Shown here one piece after another: positions 28,487 to 37,734 of a DNA stretch of 64,000 nt; position 1 is the first letter of the stretch, and every line of letters starts with the position of its first letter. Under the pieces are notes generated by a model that saw only the letters and a program-made list of their open reading frames with translations, was not told where the DNA came from and searched no databases. The position numbers and the translations under genes were made by a program. This DNA comes from an uncultured Bacteroidales bacterium. GTDB lineage: Bacteria > Bacteroidota > Bacteroidia > Bacteroidales > CAYRRV01. The stretch spans positions 9,190 to 73,189 of the forward strand of contig CAYRRV010000001.1 in assembly GCA_964426725.1 (NCBI GenBank). Direction: 5' to 3'.

Positions 28487-30013
28487 TTAAGCTTTTGTAA
28501 GCCTTTTATGAATTTCCATGACCTCGTCCAGGTATTTTCTGTCATTCGCGAGCCTGGGCATTTTATTCTGCCCTCCCAATTTGCCTTTGTCGTTAAACCA
28601 GTTATAAAAAGTGCCTTTCGCGAGGTTGACAACCCTGGGAGGATCCAGGGTGAAATTCTTGTATCGCTTGGCCTCGTAGTCTGAGTTTAATGACATGAGA
28701 GCTTTATCCAGTGCTTCTGTAAATGCTTCGGGATTATCCGGTTCCTTTTCAAACTCGATGAGCCACTCGTGGGCGCCTTTGGTATTATCATCCATGTATA
28801 TTGGTCCGGCAGTGTATTCATTGATAACAGCATTGGTTTTTTCGCAGGCCATTCGCAGGGCATTTTCAGCATTATCAATAATTACCTCTTCCCCAAATGC
28901 ATTAATAAACATTTTAGTGCGCCCGGTAATTTTAATCTTGTGAGGGAAAAGGGAGGTAAATTTCACCGTGTCACCTATCATGTATCTCCACAATCCCCCG
29001 TTTGTAGAAATAACCATGGCATAATTTACATCCTTTTCTACCTCTCCTATGGTATACGAGGGTGGATTGTCTTCATGGATACGGTTTGCTGGGATAAACT
29101 CGTAAAAAATGCCTAAATCAAGCATTAAAAGCATGTCATTGACAGCCGGATCGTCCTGTATGGCAAAAAAACCTTCCGAGGCATTGTATGTTTCCAGGTA
29201 ATGCATGTTGTCAGAGGGAATGAGTTTCCTGAATTGTTCACGGTAAGGATCAAAACTTACACCACCATGCGTGAAAAGTTCAAGGTTAGGCCATACCTCT
29301 AGAAGGTTTTTTTTCCCGGTTTTTTCCAGGATATACTTGATAAGTACCAGGGTCCAGCTTGGAACACCGGCAATATTGGTTACATTTTCTTTTATGGTGA
29401 TATTGCTAAGTTTTTCTATTTTTTCTTCCCATTCGGGAATGAGTGCAATCTCTGGCCTTGGCGTTTTAATAAATTCAACCCAAAATGGCAGGTTCTCTAT
29501 AAGAATTGCTGATAAATCTCCATAATAGGACTGATTACTGAAATTGTTAATAGTGTGACTCCCGCCCAGGGTTAATCCTTTACCTTTCAATATACTGGTT
29601 TCAGGGTAATTTTGAGTGTAAATAGCGATGATGTCTTTCCCTCCCCTGAAATGACAATCTTCCAATGCCTCTTTACTAACCGGAATGAATTTGCTCTTCT
29701 CGGAAGTAGTTCCGGATGATTTAGCGAACCATTTTATTTCAGAAGGCCAAATCAGGTTTTGTTCACCGTTTCTGAGTCTTTGCACGAAAGGGCTCACATC
29801 TTCATAGGTTTGAATAGGGATTCGCTGTTGATAAGTTTTAATATCCGGGATCGAGGAATAATCATACTTTTCACCCCATTCCGTGTTTTTTGCTTTTCCA
29901 AGTAATTTAAAGAGAGTCTCGTGTTGAACATCGGATGGGTATTTTTTAAAGAGTTCAATTTGGTGTGCTCTTTTAATATTCAGCCAATAAACTATCGAAT
30001 TTAGTAGGGGCAT
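28487..30013 (-). CDS. GH3 family (auxin-responsive-promoter-like) adenylate-forming protein
   Basis: It contains FAKSSGTTSEKSKFIPVS and YNASEGFFA, and at 508 aa it has the typical Bacteroidota GH3 length. Confidence 0.8.
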   Translation of the reverse strand: MPLLNSIVYWLNIKRAHQIELFKKYPSDVQHETLFKLLGKAKNTEWGEKYDYSSIPDIKTYQQRIPIQTYEDVSPFVQRLRNGEQNLIWPSEIKWFAKSSGTTSEKSKFIPVSKEALEDCHFRGGKDIIAIYTQNYPETSILKGKGLTLGGSHTINNFSNQSYYGDLSAILIENLPFWVEFIKTPRPEIALIPEWEEKIEKLSNITIKENVTNIAGVPSWTLVLIKYILEKTGKKNLLEVWPNLELFTHGGVSFDPYREQFRKLIPSDNMHYLETYNASEGFFAIQDDPAVNDMLLMLDLGIFYEFIPANRIHEDNPPSYTIGEVEKDVNYAMVISTNGGLWRYMIGDTVKFTSLFPHKIKITGRTKMFINAFGEEVIIDNAENALRMACEKTNAVINEYTAGPIYMDDNTKGAHEWLIEFEKEPDNPEAFTEALDKALMSLNSDYEAKRYKNFTLDPPRVVNLAKGTFYNWFNDKGKLGGQNKMPRLANDRKYLDEVMEIHKRLTKA

Positions 30014-30075
30014 AAAACAACTTATTTATTTATATTCAAAGAAAAATAATTATAGGGTGCATGTCTTTCAGCGTT

Positions 30076-31125
30076 TTACAATATAAGCATGGCATCACCA
30101 TAAGTCCCGAACCTGTATTTTTCTTTTACAGCAGCTTTGTATGCTTTAAAAAGGAAATCATACCCGGCAAAAGCGCTTACCATCATCAACAAGGTTGACA
30201 AGGGCAGGTGAAAATTAGAAATCATCATGGTTGGTACACTAAATTCATAGGGAGGAAAAATAAATTTGTTGGTCCAGCCGTCATAAGGTTTGAGATACCC
30301 GGTAGTTGAAACAGAACTTTCAAGTGTCCGGAGGACTGTTGTACCCACGGCCACGATATTACTACGCCGTTCTTTTGCCTTGTTAACCACATCAGCAGCT
30401 TCATCGGTAATAATAATTTTCTCTGAGTCCATTTTATGTTTCGTGAGATCTTCCACGTCAACAGTTCTAAAATTACCCAACCCAACATGGAGGGTGACTT
30501 CAGCTATTTCCACTCCTTTTATCTCAAGACGCTTAAGCAATTCACGACTGAAATGTAAACCGGCTGTTGGTGCAGCAACAGCACCCTCGTGCTTGGCAAA
30601 AATTGTCTGATACCTGTCTTTATCCTCGGGCTCTACAGGCCTCTTGATAAAGCGGGGAAGAGGTGTTTCTCCCAAATTATATAGTGTTTTTTTAAATTCC
30701 TCGTAATCTCCATCGTATAAAAACCTTAAAGTACGACCTCTCGAGGTGGTATTATCTATCACTTCCGCGACCAAAACATCATCTTCACCAAAATAAAGTT
30801 TATTTCCTATCCTTATTTTCCTGGCCGGATCTACAAGTACATCCCACAAACGTTGCTCTTGATTCAGTTCTCTTAATAAAAAAACCTCGATTTCAGCTCC
30901 CGTTTTTTCTTTGTTCCCATACAGACGAGCCGGAAACACCTTGGTATTGTTGAAAACCATTACATCCTGATCGTTCATGTATTCAATAATATCTTTGAAT
31001 ACCCTGTGTTCAATTACCTGGGTATCGCGGTGTAAAACCATCAACTTCGATTCATCCCGGTTCTCTGCCGGGTATTGCGCAATAAGATCCTGAGGCAGAT
31101 TGTACTTGTACTGTGATAATTTCAT
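30076..31125 (-). CDS. queA: S-adenosylmethionine:tRNA ribosyltransferase-isomerase
   Basis: It begins [31 protein letters not shown] and contains [12 protein letters not shown] and [12 protein letters not shown]. Confidence 0.95.
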   Translation of the reverse strand: MKLSQYKYNLPQDLIAQYPAENRDESKLMVLHRDTQVIEHRVFKDIIEYMNDQDVMVFNNTKVFPARLYGNKEKTGAEIEVFLLRELNQEQRLWDVLVDPARKIRIGNKLYFGEDDVLVAEVIDNTTSRGRTLRFLYDGDYEEFKKTLYNLGETPLPRFIKRPVEPEDKDRYQTIFAKHEGAVAAPTAGLHFSRELLKRLEIKGVEIAEVTLHVGLGNFRTVDVEDLTKHKMDSEKIIITDEAADVVNKAKERRSNIVAVGTTVLRTLESSVSTTGYLKPYDGWTNKFIFPPYEFSVPTMMISNFHLPLSTLLMMVSAFAGYDFLFKAYKAAVKEKYRFGTYGDAMLIL

Positions 31126-31408
31126 GTGCTTAATATTTTATTTTCATTTATTACATGGAACTAAATAACGGGGCCCATATATTTTACTATGCCAGTAAGC
31201 TGTAAATTAATGCTTGATTCAGAACTATATCTTCAAGTATATCAATCATTTTGACATATTATGCGTGTATGGGCTTTTAATTTGGAAGAAAAAAAACATG
31301 CATCATCAGATTAAGGGTCTTTTTACGTACAAAATCATTAAAAGTTTCATATTTTATCCAGATATTGTTTGTTTTTTTAACTAAAATAAGTAAAATCAAC
31401 AAGGCTAA

Positions 31409-32182
31409 TCATTCCAATCTATTTAACTGGTTTTCAAATTCATTTATTGTTATTGCCTTGTCAATTTTGAATGGTCCCGATGAAGTCCTGGTTAATTTTT
31501 TCAAATAAGCTCCACTTTCAGCAGCAAGTCCAATATCCCTGGCCAGGGCCCTTATGTATGTTCCCTTGCTGCATATGACCCTGAATGTAGCATGTGGTGG
31601 TTGAAAATCAGTTAATTCGAGTGTTTCAATTCTTACATGCACGGGTTGCATGGTTATCTCTATTCCTTTCCTGGCCAGTTCATAAGCTCTTATACCATTT
31701 TTTTTTTTAGCCGAGAACATGGGAGGGACCTGTTCTATTTCACCTTTGAATTTTTTCATCACCTCTTTTAATAGTTCTTTACTGATATGTTTAACCGGAT
31801 AGGTTGCATCGATCTCGGTTTCCAGGTCAGAAGAGGGCGTTGTTTTACCCAACTCGATCGTGGCAATGTATTCTTTATCAGCTCCCTGTATTTTTTCAAT
31901 TACCCGCGTGGCTTTTCCCGTGCATATAATAAGCAGTCCTGTTGCAAGAGGATCCAGGGTGCCGGCATGTCCTACCTTGAGCTTTTTATATTTAAACTTT
32001 CTCGTGAGCTTGTACCTGATTTTATTCACGACATCGAAGGAAGTCCACTGCAATGGCTTATCCATTATAAATATAGCACCTTCCCTGTAATCAAATTGAG
32101 AATCAAAATGGTTTTCCGGGAAATCAATACCCTGATTATTTATGACAGACAATATTATTTCTTTTTTATTGTTAAAGCCCAA
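31409..32182 (-). CDS. truB: tRNA pseudouridine(55) synthase
   Basis: It contains DKPLQWTSFDVVNKIR and VGHAGTLDPLATGLL (catalytic Asp). The only in-frame start upstream of the conserved N-terminus is a TTG at 32182, which overlaps uppP by 11 nt. Confidence 0.85.
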   Translation of the reverse strand: MGFNNKKEIILSVINNQGIDFPENHFDSQFDYREGAIFIMDKPLQWTSFDVVNKIRYKLTRKFKYKKLKVGHAGTLDPLATGLLIICTGKATRVIEKIQGADKEYIATIELGKTTPSSDLETEIDATYPVKHISKELLKEVMKKFKGEIEQVPPMFSAKKKNGIRAYELARKGIEITMQPVHVRIETLELTDFQPPHATFRVICSKGTYIRALARDIGLAAESGAYLKKLTRTSSGPFKIDKAITINEFENQLNRLE

Positions 32183-32954
32183 CTATAATAGTAATAAAAC
32201 CGACAATTGCACAATATACGGCAAACCAGATAATTTTTCCTTTTTTCACGATATTAATCATGAACCGGCAAGCAAAATACCCGGTGACGAAAGCTGTAGC
32301 GAAACCTACCAGGAGTACCGGGAGAGATATACCTGAATTGCCGGTTTTACCCGAGATCAGGTCCAACCCGTTCGCGCCAATAATTGGAAGCAGAACCATT
32401 AAAAAGGAAAATCTGGCTACATTTTCTCTTTTGTTTCCCAGCATCATTCCGGTCGATATGGTTGCCCCTGCTCTTGATATTCCCGGCATTACGGCCAGGG
32501 CTTGTCCTATTCCAATAATTATGGAATCAAGATAGGTGAATTCTTTGCCCCGGTCTTTTGAAAAATAGGCAAAAGTAAGCAATGCGGCGGTAACCAATAG
32601 CATGGAACCCACGAGCACGATGTTCCCGGTAAATAAAGCTTCAACAGAATCCTTCCATAATAAGCCAATAATGGCCACCGGAATCGCGGAAATAATTAGC
32701 TTGAGCACGTAGCGGGTCGATTCATTCCAGCGAAACAAGAACAAATCTTTTAACAGCATACCTATATCCTTGTAAAAAACAGCTATGGTGCTTAAAACTG
32801 TAGCTCCATGCACGATAATCGCAAAAGTGAGGTTCTCTGATACATCTGTTTTTAGTATACCGTTTCCCAATTCAAGGTGCCCACTGCTACTTATGGGTAA
32901 AAACTCTGTAAGTCCCTGGATGATTCCAAGGATGAGTGCATCTATCCAATCCAT
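32172..32954 (-). CDS. uppP: Undecaprenyl-diphosphate phosphatase
   Basis: It contains GIIQGLTEFLPISSSGHL and PGISRAGATI. Confidence 0.92.
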   Translation of the reverse strand: MDWIDALILGIIQGLTEFLPISSSGHLELGNGILKTDVSENLTFAIIVHGATVLSTIAVFYKDIGMLLKDLFLFRWNESTRYVLKLIISAIPVAIIGLLWKDSVEALFTGNIVLVGSMLLVTAALLTFAYFSKDRGKEFTYLDSIIIGIGQALAVMPGISRAGATISTGMMLGNKRENVARFSFLMVLLPIIGANGLDLISGKTGNSGISLPVLLVGFATAFVTGYFACRFMINIVKKGKIIWFAVYCAIVGFITIIVGL

Positions 32955-32967
32955 TTATTATCTTTTA

Positions 32968-33216
32968 TCAGTCCCTGGGCTTTTTCATAATAGCCCATAT
33001 TTCAAAAATAAAACCTGCCAGTACGATCAGGGGTGCAAGTGTTATCCTGCGAAAAGAAAATACTTCCGGGTTAAATTTATCCGGGCTTTCGGCTTTTCCG
33101 CCTATCATGAGTATAAAACCAAGAATAATGATCGCGAAACCTATGATAAGGTAGGTGTAATTTTCTTTACCCAACGCGAAATCTACTTTTTTTGTTTCCT
33201 GAATTTTTTTTGCCAT
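32968..33216 (-). CDS. DUF3098-like small membrane protein
   Basis: It is 82 aa with two TM helices, in the conserved Bacteroidota position between ftsX and uppP. Confidence 0.6.
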   Translation of the reverse strand: MAKKIQETKKVDFALGKENYTYLIIGFAIIILGFILMIGGKAESPDKFNPEVFSFRRITLAPLIVLAGFIFEIWAIMKKPRD

Positions 33217-33227
33217 GCTACATTTAT

Positions 33228-34106
33228 TTAAGCGTACAAATTATCTGTATTCATTTTTAAATATCGATTAACAGCGAAATATGTTGAAGTTAGATTTATC
33301 AATATTCCTATTAAAACTACAAAAACAAAAAGAATCCCGAGGATTTCGATATCCCTGAGACTCACGATCTCGCTAAATTCCTGCTGAACATAGTAAACAA
33401 TCAATAAAAGAAGAAGCACTGCTCCAAGTGAGGCGGTAATTCCATGTAAAATGCTTCTGTATAGAAAAGGCCGTCGAATAAAAGCATTATTAGCTCCAAC
33501 AAGTTGCATGGTTTTTATAATAAACCTGCGGGAATAAACCGATAAGCGAATGGTATTATTTATCAGGGCAATAGCGATAAGAAATAACATCCCACTGAAA
33601 ATTAATATAATGAAACTGATACGTTTAACATTTTCATTAACCAGGTGTACCAGTGATTTTTGATAATAAACTTCTTTTACTTGCTCATACTGTTGCAAAT
33701 CGGTTTCAATTACATTTATGCTGTCTGGATTGGCATATGGAGCGTATAACTTGACATCTATGGAGGCCAGTAGCGGATTGTATCCCAGGAATTTAATAAA
33801 ATCTTCTCCCAGTTCCTGCTGCAATTCGAGTGCCGCTTCTTCCTTGGTAATATACTCGGTTGATTTCACGTAGGAAGTAGCATCCAGGTTTTTTTGCAGA
33901 CGAAGAATTTCAGCTTCTTTGATATTGTCTTTAAGAATCACGCTAAACCCGATATTTTCTTTCACGTGGTCTGATAGCCTTCGTGTATTCAATACCAGCA
34001 AGCCCAGTATGCCCAACAACAAGAGTACCAGCATGATACTAATCACGGATGTAAGGTACGAGCTCCTGAGTCTTCTTTTATTAATTTTTGCTTCTTTCGA
34101 TTTCAT
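33228..34106 (-). CDS. ftsX: Cell division protein FtsX-like permease
   Basis: It has an N-terminal TM, an extracytoplasmic domain and three C-terminal TMs with the MQLVGA motif (TMQLVGANNAFIRRPF). Confidence 0.8.
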   Translation of the reverse strand: MKSKEAKINKRRLRSSYLTSVISIMLVLLLLGILGLLVLNTRRLSDHVKENIGFSVILKDNIKEAEILRLQKNLDATSYVKSTEYITKEEAALELQQELGEDFIKFLGYNPLLASIDVKLYAPYANPDSINVIETDLQQYEQVKEVYYQKSLVHLVNENVKRISFIILIFSGMLFLIAIALINNTIRLSVYSRRFIIKTMQLVGANNAFIRRPFLYRSILHGITASLGAVLLLLLIVYYVQQEFSEIVSLRDIEILGILFVFVVLIGILINLTSTYFAVNRYLKMNTDNLYA

Positions 34107-34238
34107 TTACAGACCTTCTACAGATTGCAAAGATAAAAAAAACGGCAACATATGGTATATTATTTTGTTGTTGAATGGTTGCCTGTTCACCATATTTTTG
34201 TTAAAAATCGTTAATAAACGAAGAAATGATATTCGGGA

Positions 34239-35000
34239 TTAAAAAAGGATCAGGGCAGAGAGAACCGTGCTGAGAATAAGCAGCAACCTGTATATATTTT
34301 CAGGGATAATCCTGACAATGGCAATCCCCGTGAATACGCCAAGGAGTATGGAAGGTATCATAAGCAGGTCGAAAAATATGGTTTCTATAGTGATGGTTTC
34401 CCAAAAAAATACATGGAGAGGGACCTTGAAAACATTTACTATAAAGAAAAACCACGCGGCTGTCCCTATATAATTGTTTTTGGGGAGACGCATGGAAAGC
34501 AGGTAAACTGTCATGATTGGCCCGGCAGCATTACCTATCATGGTGGCAAATCCACCAGCGAGGCCCATTAACGAGCTAAACCACCAGTAGTTGGGTACAG
34601 AAAATCTATTTTTCCTTGAATCACGCCAGATTAATATTATTATGCCAGCAATAACCGTGATAGAGATTACCTGCTTGAATTGCTTATCAGAAATAGTTTC
34701 TCCAACCAACAGGGCGAAAATAATTCCGGCGATAGCCCAAGGTAATAGTTTGAACACGTGTTTCCAGTTGGCATGCCGGTTATAATATGAAACAGCAAAA
34801 ATATCAGCAAATATCAGCATTGGTAGTAAAAATCCCGTGGAAGGTTTGCCCCCGAATATCATCACGAAAATTGGTACCACGGCTAATCCTGCTCCTGAAA
34901 GGCCTGTTTTGGCCATTCCTATAAGCATCCCGCACAACATGGCTAAAAGCCATTCACTTGTAGCGAGGTTGAAAGAGGAAAGGTATTCCTGGAAACTCAT
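34239..35000 (-). CDS. TauE/SafE family anion exporter
   Basis: It is a 253-aa polytopic protein with the duplicated GxGGG-like motifs (GLSGAGLAVVP and GLAGGFATMIGNAAGP). Confidence 0.75.
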   Translation of the reverse strand: MSFQEYLSSFNLATSEWLLAMLCGMLIGMAKTGLSGAGLAVVPIFVMIFGGKPSTGFLLPMLIFADIFAVSYYNRHANWKHVFKLLPWAIAGIIFALLVGETISDKQFKQVISITVIAGIIILIWRDSRKNRFSVPNYWWFSSLMGLAGGFATMIGNAAGPIMTVYLLSMRLPKNNYIGTAAWFFFIVNVFKVPLHVFFWETITIETIFFDLLMIPSILLGVFTGIAIVRIIPENIYRLLLILSTVLSALILF

Positions 35001-35599
35001 ATTTTTACGCCCTCCAGCAGAACTAATCTGGCAAGACCATTTTGGTATTTTCCCTCCGTTAGGATATGCTCAAACTCTTCCACTTGCAAGACTTCAAGAC
35101 CACTTAATTCATTTTTTAATTGAGCGGGAGTATATAATAATTCCTGTTTAGTGGGGCCTCCGCTTTTATAATTGACTTGATCATTATGAAATCCTACCAG
35201 AAAGAATGTACCCCCTGTCTTTAGACTATTCAGGAGTTTTAAAAATACCTGAAATCTGCGTGATGGAACCAGATGCAAAAATACCAGGGCTATAACATCG
35301 AAGTATTCATTTTTTAAGTCCAGTGATAAGATATCGGAATGATGATAAAGAAGACTTACACCATTTTCAGATGCTAAACGGAGTGCTTTTTCTCTTGCCT
35401 GTTTACTGATATCGGTGGCAGTAACTTCCCAGCCTTTCAGGGCAGCGTATACTCCATTCCGACCTTCTCCTTCAGCCGGCAGGAATATTTTCCCGGGTAT
35501 AGAAAACCGATCAATAAAACTTTTAAATTGGGTATTGGGTTCTTTACCGTATATAAAATTGTCTTCTGAATACCTGGTATCCCAGAAGTCTGAATTCAT
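34997..35599 (-). CDS. Class I SAM-dependent methyltransferase, TehB-like
   Basis: LPAEGEGRNGVYAALKGWEVTATDIS is SAM motif I, and FDVIALVFLHL is also present. I chose the ATG at 35599 so the gene does not overlap the response regulator. Its stop overlaps the TauE start (ATGA). Confidence 0.7.
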   Translation of the reverse strand: MNSDFWDTRYSEDNFIYGKEPNTQFKSFIDRFSIPGKIFLPAEGEGRNGVYAALKGWEVTATDISKQAREKALRLASENGVSLLYHHSDILSLDLKNEYFDVIALVFLHLVPSRRFQVFLKLLNSLKTGGTFFLVGFHNDQVNYKSGGPTKQELLYTPAQLKNELSGLEVLQVEEFEHILTEGKYQNGLARLVLLEGVKI

Positions 35600-35612
35600 G
35601 GTACATGTCTTT

Positions 35613-36035
35613 TCAGGCAGGATTAACAGATTGTTTACCAGGTTCGTCATTCATTTCCGCGGTGATGGTATCCAGCAGTGTATCAATAAAATAATCGTCC
35701 TTGGCAATATATTTTAAGGCACCGTATTTAATAAACTCGGGCAACAGGCTTTGATCACCCTGGCTTGTTAACATAATAACCGGGACCGTGACATTTTTCT
35801 CCCTGATTTTCTTTAGGGTTTCCAGCCCGGTGAGTATCGCGCCTTTCTGCCGGGTAAAATAATGATCCAGCACAATTAAATCAGGGTTTAAATGTAAATT
35901 ATCCAGGCATTCTTCACCCGAGAAAAAAGTCCTGATATCATAATTATCCCGGTTTTTGAAAGTATATTCCATCAGGTTAATTATCATTTTATCATCATCC
36001 ACGAAAAATATTAATTTATCACTCATCAGATACAT
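35613..36035 (-). CDS. Stand-alone response regulator receiver domain
   Basis: It contains FFVDDD, LIVLDHYF (phospho-acceptor Asp) and PVIMLTSQGD...KYIAKD. It has no output domain, and the start is uncertain (36026, 36035 or 36050). Confidence 0.75.
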   Translation of the reverse strand: MYLMSDKLIFFVDDDKMIINLMEYTFKNRDNYDIRTFFSGEECLDNLHLNPDLIVLDHYFTRQKGAILTGLETLKKIREKNVTVPVIMLTSQGDQSLLPEFIKYGALKYIAKDDYFIDTLLDTITAEMNDEPGKQSVNPA

Positions 36036-36371
36036 TTTTCGATAATGCAAAATCTCTGTTACATAAAATGGGTAAAGGTAAAAAAATATTATTTATCGAT
36101 TCACTTATAATTATAATTCTTTCAAAATCCTGAAGAAATGTTTAAAATATTATGCATTTATTTTGATTAAACTGTATTGAAATCTTTCAATATACCACTG
36201 GGTTAAAAATTATTTTCATTGATAGCGGTTCCCCTCGGGTTATTTATGGTTATTATCACGTTTCCTTAAATTCTTAAGTAAAAATTTCATTTTCCTATAT
36301 CCGTGAAACAGCAAATAAAACTCTTATTTATAAAACATGTTTTTTGTGTTGTGGGTGATTTTATTAATCGC

Positions 36372-36379
36372 TATTTTTG
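36372..36379 (+). promoter_or_regulatory. Candidate -7 box (TATTTTTG) for ilvE
   Basis: It is an exact TAnnTTTG match, about 50 nt upstream of the start. Confidence 0.35.
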
Positions 36380-36427
36380 TAAACACGTCTGGTTTAGCGG
36401 ATGTTAATAAATTTTAATATTACAACA

Positions 36428-37450
36428 ATGATGGAAAAAATGGACTGGAAAAATTTGCCCTTTGGTTATCACAAGACGGGATATAATGTGCGATGTTATT
36501 ACAGGGATGGAAAATGGGGAGAACTGGAGGTTTCTTCCAGCGAGTATATTAATATCCATATGGCCGCTACCTGCCTGCATTATGGGCAGGAGTCGTTTGA
36601 AGGATTAAAAGCGTACCGGGGTAAAGATGATCAAATCAGATTATTTCGCTGGAAAGATAACGCGGCCAGAATGATACGATCAAGCAAGGGTATCCTTTTA
36701 GCAACCGTCCCGGAAGAATTATTCGGGGAAGCTGTAAAAAAAGCGGTACGACTTAACAAAAGCGAAGTTCCGCCTCATGGAACAGGCGCTACATTATATA
36801 TAAGACCTTTACTGGTAGGTTCCGGCTCTGAAATAGGAGTAAAACCCGCGAGAGAATATCTTTTCATGGTGTTCGTAACTCCCGTTGGTCCCTACTTTAA
36901 AGAAGGATTTAAACCGGTAGATATATTAATTACCCGTGATTTTGACAGGGCTGCCCCTTTAGGTACGGGTAGTTACAAGGTAGGAGGAAATTATGCTGCC
37001 AGCTTAGCCAGTCTCCGGGTAGCTGCTAACAAGGGATATGCAACTACACTTTATCTTGATGCCAAAGAAAAGAAATACATCGATGAGTGTGGTCCCGCGA
37101 ATTTTTTTGGCATTAAAGGCGATACTTACGTGACACCAGAGTCGGAATCAATTTTACCAAGCATAACCAACATGAGCCTGATGGAATTAGCCAGTGATAT
37201 GGGAATGAAAGTTGAAAGGAGAAAAATTCTGGTTGAAGAACTTGCTGAATTTGATGAAGTTGGTGCATGTGGCACTGCCGCGGTGATTAGCCCGATTAAA
37301 AAAATAGATGATCCCGACACTGGAAAATCCTACGAGTATTGTTGTGATGGAAAACCTGGGCCTGTTTCGGTAAAACTTTACGAGCGTCTGACAGCTATCC
37401 AATTCGGTGACGAAGAAGATAAATTCGGTTGGATTGAAATTATAGAATAG
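36428..37450 (+). CDS. ilvE: Branched-chain amino acid aminotransferase
   Basis: It contains MEKMDWKNLPFGY, QESFEGLKAYR, LYIRPL, GxYKVGGNYA and ECGPANFF. I chose the ATG at 36428. Confidence 0.9.
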   Translation: MMEKMDWKNLPFGYHKTGYNVRCYYRDGKWGELEVSSSEYINIHMAATCLHYGQESFEGLKAYRGKDDQIRLFRWKDNAARMIRSSKGILLATVPEELFGEAVKKAVRLNKSEVPPHGTGATLYIRPLLVGSGSEIGVKPAREYLFMVFVTPVGPYFKEGFKPVDILITRDFDRAAPLGTGSYKVGGNYAASLASLRVAANKGYATTLYLDAKEKKYIDECGPANFFGIKGDTYVTPESESILPSITNMSLMELASDMGMKVERRKILVEELAEFDEVGACGTAAVISPIKKIDDPDTGKSYEYCCDGKPGPVSVKLYERLTAIQFGDEEDKFGWIEIIE

Positions 37451-37468
37451 AATCTTAATTTTATTTTT

Positions 37469-37476
37469 TATTTTTG
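37469..37476 (+). promoter_or_regulatory. Candidate -7 box (TATTTTTG) about 105 nt upstream of tRNA-Val
   Basis: It is an exact TAnnTTTG match and is the only such box between ilvE and the tRNA. Confidence 0.3.
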
Positions 37477-37581
37477 TAATGGACATATGGGTGACCCTGT
37501 TGGTTCAGTTCGCCTGCTAGCGGTTGACAGGGAAGATGTATGTTTCGCTTGATGCGTTCTTTAACTATTTAAATATTCATT

Positions 37582-37656
37582 GGGGCTGTTAACTCAGTTG
37601 GTTCAGAGTGTCACCTTGACAGGGTGGAAGTCACTGGTTCGAGTCCAGTACAGCCC
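37582..37656 (+). tRNA. tRNA-Val (anticodon GAC)
   Basis: I folded the cloverleaf by hand. The acceptor stem is GGGCTGT/ACAGCCC, the D stem ACTC/GAGT and the anticodon stem TCACC/GGTGG. The anticodon loop is TTGACAG, with the anticodon at 37617..37619. The T arm is ACTGG-TTCGAGT-CCAGT and the discriminator is A. CCA is not encoded. Confidence 0.92.
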
Positions 37657-37707
37657 ACTTTTTATTTCTATTTTTTCACCGGGCAATCATTTTTGCATTC
37701 AATGTTC

Positions 37708-37715
37708 TACCTTTG
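37708..37715 (+). promoter_or_regulatory. Candidate -7 box (TACCTTTG) for the MFS gene
   Basis: It is an exact TAnnTTTG match, 20 nt upstream of the ATG at 37735. Confidence 0.4.
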
Positions 37716-37734
37716 CAGGTTTAATTTTTATTGC

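Noticed and set aside
37624-37734. The ORF track extends the MFS gene upstream (MEVTGSSPVQPTFYFYFF...).
   Set aside because: The extension starts inside the tRNA-Val gene (37582..37656) and reads through its T arm. An ATG at 37735 is preceded by a TAnnTTTG box and starts a sensible MFS N-terminus.
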